A stretch of 64,000 nt of DNA from an uncultured Gammaproteobacteria bacterium (GTDB taxonomy: Bacteria; Patescibacteriota; Patescibacteriia; UBA10025; JAHIVO01). The stretch is taken from contig CAZVMV010000002.1 of the NCBI GenBank assembly GCA_964628855.1, positions 11,442-75,441 on the forward strand, given 5' to 3'. The notes under the pieces were generated by a model. It did no database searches and was not told the DNA's origin. It was given only the letters and a program-made list of their open reading frames with translations. Below, piece by piece: positions 16,339 through 25,666 of the stretch (within the stretch, counting starts at the first letter, position 1; every line of letters starts with the position of its first letter). Both the position numbers and the translations under genes were made by a program.

Positions 16339-17721
16339 TTATTTTCGTGTAATTTGATCTTTTTTATCATTCAATTCCTTGACACGGTTGCGGATCTGGG
16401 CGGCCCGCTCGTATTCCTGCGCCTTAGCCGCTTCCAGCATTTGTTTCTCCAGATTCCCGACAATTTTATTGAACTCAGATTCAGGGATATACGGCATGTC
16501 TGTCGTTATACGTTGGGTCACGTCCTCATCTGCCGATTTGGCCATCACGTCCACCTTGCCGCTGCGTTGCCATTCAAAGGCTGTGAACAGGATGTTTTGG
16601 TAAAGTTCCTGCGCCTTTTGTTTGATGTCTGCGGAAACCGGGGCATCCTGCACCACACCCTTCAGGTCCTTGGCGCCTGCTTCGATCATCTCAATGCTCC
16701 ACCAAGGCATGGCAGATGCCCACCAGTATTGGTCAGAATGGATAGCCTGATCAAGCTCATCGCGAATTTTATTGTAAGCCTGGTCAGTCGTAGGGATAGT
16801 CTTGATGGCGCCCAGGGCCAGGTTTGTCAGTTCCCACTGCATCTTTTGAATCTCATTGTCTTTGTCCATCCAGCGGGAGAACGGCGTGTTGTTTTCGATG
16901 TCCTTTTTCATCAGTGCCCAGGAAGACGAGCGGGGATCGATTTCGGCATGCTTGGTAAAGATGGCCGGCAATTCTGATAAGTTAACTGATTTTAATTCCT
17001 CGGTATTATACATATCAAAAAGGAGGTCTTCGAGTCCAGGCCGGTGATGGCCGAATGTTTCCCCGTCCATGGCGGTAATCAGGTATTCGTCGCGGTTGAC
17101 TCGGTCACCGAGCAGTTTGACCAGCATGCTGCCCGAAAAGACGCTCATGCCGATTTGGGCGGAGAGGATCCGGAAACTTGCCTCCCTTTCACGGAAATAG
17201 ACAAAAAAATCAGGGAAGCCTTTCAACGTGTAAAGCTGTGTCCAATCAATATCCTTGATTTTACCGGAAAAGGCAAGCTCGTCCAGGATCATCCATTTAT
17301 AGCCCTGTTGCGCGATAATTTCCCCGACCTCCCGGCTGTAGGCCATTTCTGGCGGGAAGAAGCCGGTCGGGTGATATGCTTTGGCGCCAAAGTATTTCAG
17401 GTTGGTGGCAGTATTTAGTTCGATTTGCCGGATGATTTCCTCCCTCGGCATCATCGGGAGGAAGGGGTGGTATTTGGCACTGGCCGTGAGCTCGATCTGT
17501 CCCCGCTCGGCGAGCAGCTTAATGTCAGCGATGACATCGAGACAGTTGAATCTTTCGAACAGCTCAGTCAGTACCGCGTTGATGTTCAGGGTCATCTTGG
17601 CATGCGGATTCGCTTTCATGCCGCGGAGGATTTTGCGGTAGCTTTCCTCGGCGATTTTTTTCACCCACATCTCTTTTTGTGTCGGTGGTTGGTAAATGTG
17701 TAGGAAGTTTGCCCAGTACAT
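16339..17721 (-). CDS. Glycoside hydrolase family 57-like alpha-glucan enzyme with C-terminal UVR motif
   Basis: 460 aa. GH57 regions HIYQPP, FFPPEMAYS (nucleophile Glu region) and MDGETFGHH (acid/base region). The last ~37 aa, ...AAKAQEYERAAQIRNRVKEL..., match the UvrB/UvrC-type UVR motif. Confidence 0.7.
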   Translation of the reverse strand: MYWANFLHIYQPPTQKEMWVKKIAEESYRKILRGMKANPHAKMTLNINAVLTELFERFNCLDVIADIKLLAERGQIELTASAKYHPFLPMMPREEIIRQIELNTATNLKYFGAKAYHPTGFFPPEMAYSREVGEIIAQQGYKWMILDELAFSGKIKDIDWTQLYTLKGFPDFFVYFREREASFRILSAQIGMSVFSGSMLVKLLGDRVNRDEYLITAMDGETFGHHRPGLEDLLFDMYNTEELKSVNLSELPAIFTKHAEIDPRSSSWALMKKDIENNTPFSRWMDKDNEIQKMQWELTNLALGAIKTIPTTDQAYNKIRDELDQAIHSDQYWWASAMPWWSIEMIEAGAKDLKGVVQDAPVSADIKQKAQELYQNILFTAFEWQRSGKVDVMAKSADEDVTQRITTDMPYIPESEFNKIVGNLEKQMLEAAKAQEYERAAQIRNRVKELNDKKDQITRK

Positions 17722-17726
17722 GGTAA

Positions 17727-18953
17727 TTAGTTAATGGTTATTTTTTTGCCGCCGATATAGCGCACATTGTCGTGCCGGTTTGCGGCCAGGTATTTTTCAG
17801 AAATATTTAAGAATGTATTTTTGTCCTGCCATTGCTTGGCGAGCTGGATGATTTTTTCTGCCAGCCCGATCAGGTCGTGGTTTTCCGGCTCGATAAGGAG
17901 GGCAGTCTGATAGAGTTCGTTGGTTTTGCGGGTGATGATATCCAGGCTCCACCACGGCTTGGCTGAGGCCCACCACATTTGGTCAGAGGCAAGCTGCCGG
18001 TCCAGGTCATGTCTGGCCTCCGCATATTTTGGGTGGGATTTATGCTGTTCGATGATTGAAAGCAGATTTTTTATCATTTTCCATTGGAGTGCATGGATCG
18101 GATTTGACGGGTCCTGCCATAGGCTGAATGGATTGTGATGCGCTAATTCGCGTTCCTGCGATGACCATGAGCATTGCCGCGGGCTGATGGAAATATTTTT
18201 TTTCAACTGTTTGATTAATTCACTGACCGTGACGGCTGTTACGCTCCCGTGGGTCACCAATTTGGCCCAGTAAGATTCCAGGCCAGGCCGGTGGTGGCCG
18301 AGATTTTCCCCGTCCATGCCGGTGATCAGGACGGTGTGGCTGCGGTTGTCCTGCGCCACATTCTGCCAGAAATGGTCGGTTGATCCCAAATGACTGCGGA
18401 AGGAGAGGAAATTACTGGCCTGGCGGTTTCGAAACACGACATTTAGAGACGACTGCTTGATGCGGTACGATTGTTCAAAGTTAACACGGCCAAGGGTGCC
18501 GAAGGCGGCAATTTCATCGATAATTATCCAGCGGAAACCGTGCCTTCTGACAATTTTGTTTATATTGGCGCTATAGGCCATTTCGGGAGGGAAGAAGCCT
18601 GTCGGGTGGTAGTCAGCGCCAAAATATTTTTTGTTGGTCTCATTATTCAGCCGAATTTGGCGGTCGATTTCACGTTCATTGAGCAGGGGAAGGATAGGAT
18701 GGTACATGGCGCTCCCGACAAGCTCAATTTTTCCGGCATGGGACAGGTGACGGATGGTGCTGATGACGTCCGAATAATGGTTGCTGGCGAGCTGTTCGGT
18801 GAGCGACCCGGTTATATTTAAAGTAATTTTCAGCCGGGAATATTTTTTTACCAGTGCCAACATTGGCCGGTAACTTTCGCGGACGACCTTATCGATGATT
18901 TTTTTCGGCCAGCCCGGCGGCTGGTAGATATGGAAAAAGTTGGCCCAAAGCAT
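17727..18953 (-). CDS. Glycoside hydrolase family 57-like enzyme, paralog without UVR tail
   Basis: 408 aa carrying HIYQPP, FFPPEMAYS and MDGENLGHH. Clearly paralogous to 16339-17721. Confidence 0.7.
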   Translation of the reverse strand: MLWANFFHIYQPPGWPKKIIDKVVRESYRPMLALVKKYSRLKITLNITGSLTEQLASNHYSDVISTIRHLSHAGKIELVGSAMYHPILPLLNEREIDRQIRLNNETNKKYFGADYHPTGFFPPEMAYSANINKIVRRHGFRWIIIDEIAAFGTLGRVNFEQSYRIKQSSLNVVFRNRQASNFLSFRSHLGSTDHFWQNVAQDNRSHTVLITGMDGENLGHHRPGLESYWAKLVTHGSVTAVTVSELIKQLKKNISISPRQCSWSSQERELAHHNPFSLWQDPSNPIHALQWKMIKNLLSIIEQHKSHPKYAEARHDLDRQLASDQMWWASAKPWWSLDIITRKTNELYQTALLIEPENHDLIGLAEKIIQLAKQWQDKNTFLNISEKYLAANRHDNVRYIGGKKITIN

Positions 18954-18955
18954 AC

Positions 18956-20449
18956 CTAAATTTTTTTATGAAGTTTTTTCAGATACCGCCGCTTATTATT
19001 GATGGCGATCCGGAAGAGCTGGATATATTTCTTGGCTGGCAGTTCCCATGAATACGTCTGGCGCATGGCATTCCAGGTCATGAATTCCCAGACCTGGGGG
19101 TATTTGTAATTTTCCAGAGCACGGGTCAGGGCTATCAGGAAATCCTCACGGCTATATGTCTTGAAGGTAAAGCCGTTTCCTTTGCGTGTTTTGGGATTGA
19201 AATTTGTGACAGTGTCCGATAGCCCGCCGGTTTCGTGGACAATCGGGATAGAGCCATAGCGCAAACTTTTCAACTGGGAGATGCCACAAGGCTCAAACCG
19301 CGATGGCATGAGGAACATGTCTGATCCGGCGTAGATTTTTGATTCCATGTCTTCTGTAAACGGCGTATAGAAACCGATTTTTTTGGGGTGCTTTTTAGCG
19401 ATTTTTTTGAAAAAATCGACATATTCTTTGTGGCCAGTACCGATAATGACGATCTGCAGCTGTAATCGCAGCAATGCATCCATCGTTTCCATTATTAAAT
19501 TGAAGCCTTTTTGTTCGGAGAGGCGATTGACTATTCCGATCAATGGAATATCCGGGTTCCTTTCTAGCTTGACCAAACGTTGGAGTTCAATTTTGTTTTT
19601 CTTTTTCCGCCGCAATGTATTCCAGTCGTATTTGTACTTGATATTATCGTCAAAAGCCGGGTTGTTGACCGTGTAGTCAATACCATTAATAATTCCATAT
19701 AAATCTTTTTTCCTGTTGCGCAGGTACTTGTCCAGCCCCTGGCCGTATTCTGGAGTAGTGATTTCCTCGGCATAACGTTCACTGACCGTGCTGATGATGT
19801 TCGAATAAAAAATACCCCGTTTGGCGAAATTAAGATGGTTGATATCTTTTATGCGCTTGAAAGGATCGCATTTGCCGTCATCGACATGGTTGTCTGGGAC
19901 GGTCCACCAATCACGGCTCATTTGGTAAGACAGGTTATGAATGGTAAAAACTGTGGCCGCTTTAGTGAGTGTCGGGAAGTCGTCAGCGCGCTTGACCATG
20001 AAATTGGGGACCAGGCCGGTTTGCCAATCATGGCAATGTATCACATGCGGATTGAATTTGATTATTTCCAGCAACTGGAGCGCCGCGTAGTCCAGAACAA
20101 AGAAACGAACATTGTCGTCGGAATAGTTATATACACGAGAATGGCGGCCAAACAGTTCCTGGTTTACGATAAAATAGATCTTTAGGTTATCGTTGAAGTC
20201 TAGTCTTAAGAAGGTAACTTCGTATTTTTTCTTGCCGAACTCGACAATCGTTTTCGCGTTAACCGGTTTCAGGTCGAGTTTTTGCTGCCGGATAAAACCA
20301 TAGTATGGTGTAATCAGCACTTTGTGGTGGCCTTGCTCGGCAAGCGCCTTGGCCAGTGCTTTGGTAACGTCGGCCAGTCCGCCTGTTTTTGAGTATGGGG
20401 CGACCTCTGAGGCGATACTGGCGATTCGCAATGGTCTGCTTTGTGGCAT
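18956..20449 (-). CDS. glgA: Glycogen/starch synthase (GT5), copy 2
   Basis: 497 aa. ASEVAPYSKTGGLADV, HCHDWQ, LMPSRFEPCGISQL. Confidence 0.8.
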   Translation of the reverse strand: MPQSRPLRIASIASEVAPYSKTGGLADVTKALAKALAEQGHHKVLITPYYGFIRQQKLDLKPVNAKTIVEFGKKKYEVTFLRLDFNDNLKIYFIVNQELFGRHSRVYNYSDDNVRFFVLDYAALQLLEIIKFNPHVIHCHDWQTGLVPNFMVKRADDFPTLTKAATVFTIHNLSYQMSRDWWTVPDNHVDDGKCDPFKRIKDINHLNFAKRGIFYSNIISTVSERYAEEITTPEYGQGLDKYLRNRKKDLYGIINGIDYTVNNPAFDDNIKYKYDWNTLRRKKKNKIELQRLVKLERNPDIPLIGIVNRLSEQKGFNLIMETMDALLRLQLQIVIIGTGHKEYVDFFKKIAKKHPKKIGFYTPFTEDMESKIYAGSDMFLMPSRFEPCGISQLKSLRYGSIPIVHETGGLSDTVTNFNPKTRKGNGFTFKTYSREDFLIALTRALENYKYPQVWEFMTWNAMRQTYSWELPAKKYIQLFRIAINNKRRYLKKLHKKI

Positions 20450-20454
20450 GTTTT

Positions 20455-21537
20455 TTATATTAAACCTAAAAAGCGGCTGGCGATTACGAACATGGCATGG
20501 CTCCAGGCCAGCGGATAGATACCAATCCGTACATCGTCGAAAAACTGCTCAGGTAAGTAGAAGTCGAATCGTTCGGCTCGATCTACCACCCAGTTGTAAT
20601 ATTGGAGGGCTTTGGTCTTATTCCCAGCCAAGTGCCAGTAGATAGCCATCCAGCAGTTTAAAACTGGCCAGGCACCGCCACCTTCCTGGGATGACCCCTC
20701 ACTGTCAAAATAATCGAACTGGAAACGGTGCACGCCACCGTTGACGACCAGGTTTTCCTCCATTTTTTTTATAGTATTGGCCATCCGTTCGTCATTCGCT
20801 TCAAAAAGGTTGAATGGGTACACGAGTCCCAATAAGGAGGCGTCGATATTGGGGTCAGAGATCATTCCTTTGTTACGGAAGAAATATCGGTGGGTGGGGT
20901 CATATGCTTCAGTCATGACGCTGACCATCTGGTGAGCAGCTTCTTTCCAGATGTGGTTGGGGATTATTTCGTTGGCGCAGAAAAGCCCACGGGCACAGGC
21001 CGCCAGCGAATAGGTGAAATTGTTCCTCAAACGTGTCGATGTCTTACGTTCAAACGCTTCCCATATGTCAGCGGTCGGTTCTGAAAAATGGTCTTTTTCC
21101 CACGTACTGGAGATGCCCTCTGCCAAGCGTATGATCAAAGGCTGAAATTTCAGAGCCGCTTTCAGGTTGTCGTGGTACGTGTGGTGGATTGCCCAGAGGA
21201 GCGTGCCCATCTGGTCGGCTTGGAATTGCTTGCCGAGGGTGGCGATTCGTCCGTTGGTTGAATAGTTTGAATATAATAATTTAGTAGTTTCGAAATCTTC
21301 TGGACGTTCGGTCACCCAGGTGAAAAAATTTTCCTGGATCGATATATTTAAATATTGAGCAGCCACACAGATAAAGGCCGCATCGCGCACCCAGACGTAC
21401 CGGTAATCCGAACCTTCTCTCGGTGTATACGGTTCGTCGGTGTTGGCGGCCACGATCGCCCCGTTTTCCAACGAGCAATCCCGAATAACCTCACGCGATG
21501 TGGCGAGAATTTTTTGGATTTTTTTATCGTTGGTCAT
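20455..21537 (-). CDS. Glycoside hydrolase family 15 (glucoamylase/glucodextranase-like) catalytic domain protein
   Basis: GH15-typical YRYVWVRDAAF near the N-terminus and an (alpha/alpha)6-like W-rich pattern. Start ATG 21537 forms an ATGA overlap with the ruvC stop. Confidence 0.7.
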   Translation of the reverse strand: MTNDKKIQKILATSREVIRDCSLENGAIVAANTDEPYTPREGSDYRYVWVRDAAFICVAAQYLNISIQENFFTWVTERPEDFETTKLLYSNYSTNGRIATLGKQFQADQMGTLLWAIHHTYHDNLKAALKFQPLIIRLAEGISSTWEKDHFSEPTADIWEAFERKTSTRLRNNFTYSLAACARGLFCANEIIPNHIWKEAAHQMVSVMTEAYDPTHRYFFRNKGMISDPNIDASLLGLVYPFNLFEANDERMANTIKKMEENLVVNGGVHRFQFDYFDSEGSSQEGGGAWPVLNCWMAIYWHLAGNKTKALQYYNWVVDRAERFDFYLPEQFFDDVRIGIYPLAWSHAMFVIASRFLGLI

Positions 21538-22061
21538 TTTGTTTGATAGTTTTTTATGCCCCCGCAAATCCCGATGGCCAGCGCATCGGCCACGTCATCC
21601 GGCTGTGGCACGACCTTCAGTTTCAAAAGCACTTTTACCATGCGTTGCATTTGGGTTTTGTCCGCCCGGCCATCGCCGGTGATGGCTTGCTTTACTTGAA
21701 GAGGTGTAAATTCGCGCACGGGAAGGCCGGCATTACCGGCGGCCAAGATGGCTACGCCGCGAGCCTCGCCGACCCGCATGGCGGTCGAGGTGTTTTGTGC
21801 GAAAAATAATTTTTCAATAGCCACGACGTCCGGCCGGTATTTTTTTATTATCCGTGTCAGTTCGGTGTAGATTTTTTTCAACCTCTGTTCATATGGAATG
21901 GACGGCGAAGAGGTGATGGCGCCCTGAGCAATACCTACCACGCTTCGTTTATCATGTTTCACGATTCCATATCCGGTGATGGCAAATCCAGGATCAATAC
22001 CCAAGACCGTTTGAAAATTTTTAGAGCTCGGCATTGGTGAAGTAATCGCTAACGTCGTCAT
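21534..22061 (-). CDS. ruvC: Holliday junction resolvase RuvC
   Basis: VLGIDPGFAITGYGIV (first catalytic Asp), VAIEKLFF, and C-terminal DDVADALAIG. The start may instead be the internal ATG at 22034. Confidence 0.85.
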   Translation of the reverse strand: MTTLAITSPMPSSKNFQTVLGIDPGFAITGYGIVKHDKRSVVGIAQGAITSSPSIPYEQRLKKIYTELTRIIKKYRPDVVAIEKLFFAQNTSTAMRVGEARGVAILAAGNAGLPVREFTPLQVKQAITGDGRADKTQMQRMVKVLLKLKVVPQPDDVADALAIGICGGIKNYQTK

Positions 22062-22746
22062 TAGCCTCGAGTTCTTCCAAAAGTTTGAATAAAGTTTCTT
22101 TGGATGCCTCGTTAGGCAGCGAAACGCGCGTGGTCGGGACCATCTCCAGTCCAGTTGAGGCAGTTTTTAATCCCAGCTGTTCTACTGATTGGGCAATTTT
22201 TTGTAATTCAGACGGCTGAGCATATATAGTGAACCCCTCTTCTTCCTCAACAATATCATCTGCACCTGCATCAATTATTTTTAAAGTGAATTCATCCTTA
22301 TCAGTGATCCCATTCTTTGATACGCGTATCACGCCTTTGCGAGAAAACATATACCCGACACTTCCCGTGTTTCCAAGTGTGCCATTATATTTGGCTAAAA
22401 TTGAACGAATTTCAGAGGCGGTACGGTTTTTATTGTCAGTTGTGACGTCGATGATTAGGGCTACGCCGTATGGGCCAAACGCCTCATAAACCACTTCTTC
22501 TATTGTCACCCCCTCGATTTCGCCTGCGCCACGTGCAATCGCCCGTTCAATGTTTTCATTTGGCATATTGGAAGCCTTGGCTTTATCTATTGCCATGCGC
22601 AAACGGAAATTCATTGAGGGATCTTTACCGCCCTGACGTGTCACTACGCTGATGGTGTTTGCCAGCTTGGTGAACATGTTTCCGCGCCGCTGGTCTGTAA
22701 CCGCTTTTTGCCTTTTGATTTGCGTCCATTTTGAATGCCCTGACAT
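22021..22746 (-). CDS. yebC: YebC/PmpR-family DNA-binding regulator
   Basis: 241 aa with the diagnostic MSGHSKWTQIKRQKA...RGNMFTKL N-terminus. Confidence 0.9.
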   Translation of the reverse strand: MSGHSKWTQIKRQKAVTDQRRGNMFTKLANTISVVTRQGGKDPSMNFRLRMAIDKAKASNMPNENIERAIARGAGEIEGVTIEEVVYEAFGPYGVALIIDVTTDNKNRTASEIRSILAKYNGTLGNTGSVGYMFSRKGVIRVSKNGITDKDEFTLKIIDAGADDIVEEEEGFTIYAQPSELQKIAQSVEQLGLKTASTGLEMVPTTRVSLPNEASKETLFKLLEELEANDDVSDYFTNAEL

Positions 22747-22898
22747 TTGAATTTGGTCTTAATAAAAAACTAAGTTTCGTTGTTAATTATAGCATAATTT
22801 TACAAAAAAATCAATCCTTAAGATATCAAACGCCCGTTAGGAATTATTCCGATTCTAAGATATACTGATAGTGGCAGGTAAATAACTTTATTTAAATC

Positions 22899-23966
22899 AT
22901 GAAAACATTAGACGACAAAAAAATAATGAAAAAATATGACAGGCAAAACATGCTCGGCTCCATCGAATCGGTTGGTTTGCAGTGCCAACAGGCCTGGTCA
23001 GAAGTGAAAAAGATTAAAATTCCTAAAAACTATAGACAAGTAAAGAGCGTCGTAATAAATGGCATGGGCGGCTCAGCGCTCGGCGGGCACGTCATTGGTT
23101 CGATGTTTTTCCGTCAGCTTCGTGTCCCGTTCCACGTCATCAATAGCTATGCGGTACCAGGCTGGGTGAATAAAGATACGTTATATGTTCTATCAAGTTA
23201 TTCGGGGACAACGGAAGAAGTGCTGGCTACATTTACAGAAGCGCGGCGCCGTCATGCGAAGTTATTGGTCATCTGCGCTGGCGGGCAATTGGCCAAGTTG
23301 GCAAAGAAAAATAAAATCCCAGCATATATCTTTGAGCCTCGTTTTAACCCCTGTAACCAGCCTCGTATGGGGTTGGGGTATTCGATAATCGGACAGGTTG
23401 CCCTTTTGCGTCAGTGCGGTTTGCTTGCCATTTCTGAAAATGATTTTCAAAAAGCATTGGCAAAAATACACACTTGGCATAAAAAGTTTGGGGCAAGAGC
23501 GGTGACCGCCAAGAACCCCGCCAAGCAGCTAGCGAAGGTGCTGGCCGGCAAGATTCCAATCGTCATGGCGGCAGAACATTTGTCCGGCAATGCGCACATC
23601 CTGGCAAACCAGATCAATGAGAACGCAAAAACATTTTCAGCATATTTCTTGCTGTCAGAATTAAATCACCACTTGATGGAGGGATTACGTTTCCCCCACG
23701 AAAACAAGCGCCTGCTCCACTTTGTATCATTGGAGTCGGGGCGCTACCTACCCAGCATTACCAAGCGTTTCGCTGTTACAAAGAAGGTGTTGCAGAAAAA
23801 TGGCATCAAATATACTGCCTACAAAACCCAAAGCTTAACCACATTAGGGGAGGTTGTTGAAATACTACTATTCGGCAGTTATACAAATTATTATCTAGCC
23901 TTAGCCAATAAACTCGACCCTTCGCCCATCCCGTACGTTGATTTTTTTAAGGCTGCACTGAAATAG
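22899..23966 (+). CDS. SIS-domain bifunctional phosphoglucose/phosphomannose isomerase-like protein
   Basis: 355 aa. GMGGSALGG and SYSGTTEE SIS motifs. Size and pattern fit archaeal-type PGI/PMI. Confidence 0.7.
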   Translation: MKTLDDKKIMKKYDRQNMLGSIESVGLQCQQAWSEVKKIKIPKNYRQVKSVVINGMGGSALGGHVIGSMFFRQLRVPFHVINSYAVPGWVNKDTLYVLSSYSGTTEEVLATFTEARRRHAKLLVICAGGQLAKLAKKNKIPAYIFEPRFNPCNQPRMGLGYSIIGQVALLRQCGLLAISENDFQKALAKIHTWHKKFGARAVTAKNPAKQLAKVLAGKIPIVMAAEHLSGNAHILANQINENAKTFSAYFLLSELNHHLMEGLRFPHENKRLLHFVSLESGRYLPSITKRFAVTKKVLQKNGIKYTAYKTQSLTTLGEVVEILLFGSYTNYYLALANKLDPSPIPYVDFFKAALK

Positions 23967-24026
23967 AGATTGACGTTTTTTTAAGCAGGGGTTGACGCAA
24001 ATAGAATCCTTGCCTAGGATGAACAT

Positions 24027-24057
24027 GTCTCCACAACCATGCTTGGTGGAGACTTTT
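24027..24057 (+). terminator. Intrinsic terminator after the isomerase gene
   Basis: Stem gtctccac (24027-24034) / gtggagac (24046-24053), 11-nt loop, followed by ttttgtg. Confidence 0.5.
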
Positions 24058-24073
24058 GTGTTGGGTAAATGGC

Positions 24074-24082
24074 TGATATAAT
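24074..24082 (+). promoter_or_regulatory. Extended -10 promoter element (TGATATAAT) 6 nt upstream of the ATG at 24089
   Basis: tgatataat matches TGnTATAAT exactly. Only 6 nt separate it from the start codon and no SD is present, which suggests a leaderless mRNA. Confidence 0.35.
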
Positions 24083-24088
24083 GTATCC

Positions 24089-25663
24089 ATGCCAGAGTCA
24101 CGCAAGATTAGCCATTTTTTTTATAATCACTGGTATTGGATGAGTTATCTGGTGATATTCATTATCACCTTCGTATTTTTTACGTGGCTGCAGGCACCAG
24201 CGTCTTTTCCTGACCCTGATTCCTTTTACCACGCCAAGATGTCATTGCTCATACCTTCAGAAGGGGTCAGGACAACCTTCCCATGGCTGTCCGCGACAAT
24301 TTTGAAAGATTCATTCATTGATCAGCACTTTTTGTACCATGTCTTCCTGATGCCTTTTACGCATCTCATGAGCCCGATCCAGGGAGTAAAGCTGGCCACG
24401 GTATTTCTGGGGTCTGGGCTGCTAATGCTGTTTTATTGGCTTCTGCGCTCACAAAAAATTAAATTTGCTTTCGGGTTCACGCTGGCATTGTTGGCCACCA
24501 TGCCTTTTGTTTTCCGCATCAACCTAGTGAAAGCGCCCGTTGTCTCCATTATCTTGCTTTTAGTTGGCTTATATCTACTATTTAAGCATCATTACAAGCT
24601 TTTATTTCTTTTGTCGTTTGTTTTTGTGTGGGCGTATGGCGGGTTTATTTTGATAGTGATTTTTTCAGGACTATATGCCTTTGTCTCTGTGGTATACGAT
24701 TGGTTGAGGGCGAAAAAAATAAATGCCTTCTTCATGATAATCACGCACAACCGTGAAGTGCGTCTTTTTATAGTTTCAGCGCTCGGCGTACTGGCCGGTC
24801 TGGTGATCAACCCTTATTTCCCCCATAATATAAATTTTTATTGGCACCAGCTTGTCCAAATCGGAATTATTAATTACCGCTCTGTCATTCCTGTCGGTAA
24901 CGAATGGTACTCTTATTCGTTCTTCGATCTGACCGCCAATACCGCTTTGGTCACGATAATGGTCCTCGCGTCGGTACTTGCCTCAATTATTAAATTCCGG
25001 GCTCCATCAAAAAAAACCATTACTTTATTACTCATCTACATTTTATTTTTTGCCTTTACCATAAAATCACGCCGCTACGTGGAGTACTATGTGCCATTTG
25101 GGATTTTGTTTTCCGCTTTTGCCTTGGGGCAGTATTTTTACCACCTGGACTGGCACAAATTGTGGTCCAGGGGCGTTGATATGTATTTGCGTCACCGTAT
25201 TGTCGGCACAATTTTAATAGTTTATTTTCTGACGACCATCCCGACGGTAATTATCAAGGATATCCATAGCACCCACCATGATTTTACCTCCGGTATTTCA
25301 ATTAGTAGGTTTTCCGGGGCTAGTGAGTGGTTATCGGCTAATTCGCAGCACGGGGACATTGTATTCCATTCAAGCTGGGACGAATTCCCAATTCTATTTT
25401 TCCATAACAGCAAGGATTATTATATCGCCGGGCTGGATCCGACATTCACTTATAAATACAGCCAGACTCTTTATCGCCAAATGGTCGACATTACAGTCGG
25501 CAACCAGACAACTGATTTACATAAGATGATCGGCCAAGATTTTCACGCCAAGTATGTCTTAGTTGAGGGGAATCATTTCAAAATGGATTCAAATATCCGG
25601 AACAGTACCGGTTTTACTGAAGTTTATAAGGACGCTGATGCCACAATATATTATGTACAATAA
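24089..25663 (+). CDS. Large polytopic membrane protein, GT-C-fold glycosyltransferase-like (family not resolved)
   Basis: 524 aa with more than 10 predicted TM segments and DPDSFYH after TM1. A C-terminal ~130-aa soluble part contains DIVFHSSWDEFPILF. The architecture resembles ArnT/PMT/STT3-type enzymes. Confidence 0.45.
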   Translation: MPESRKISHFFYNHWYWMSYLVIFIITFVFFTWLQAPASFPDPDSFYHAKMSLLIPSEGVRTTFPWLSATILKDSFIDQHFLYHVFLMPFTHLMSPIQGVKLATVFLGSGLLMLFYWLLRSQKIKFAFGFTLALLATMPFVFRINLVKAPVVSIILLLVGLYLLFKHHYKLLFLLSFVFVWAYGGFILIVIFSGLYAFVSVVYDWLRAKKINAFFMIITHNREVRLFIVSALGVLAGLVINPYFPHNINFYWHQLVQIGIINYRSVIPVGNEWYSYSFFDLTANTALVTIMVLASVLASIIKFRAPSKKTITLLLIYILFFAFTIKSRRYVEYYVPFGILFSAFALGQYFYHLDWHKLWSRGVDMYLRHRIVGTILIVYFLTTIPTVIIKDIHSTHHDFTSGISISRFSGASEWLSANSQHGDIVFHSSWDEFPILFFHNSKDYYIAGLDPTFTYKYSQTLYRQMVDITVGNQTTDLHKMIGQDFHAKYVLVEGNHFKMDSNIRNSTGFTEVYKDADATIYYVQ

Positions 25664-25666
25664 TAA

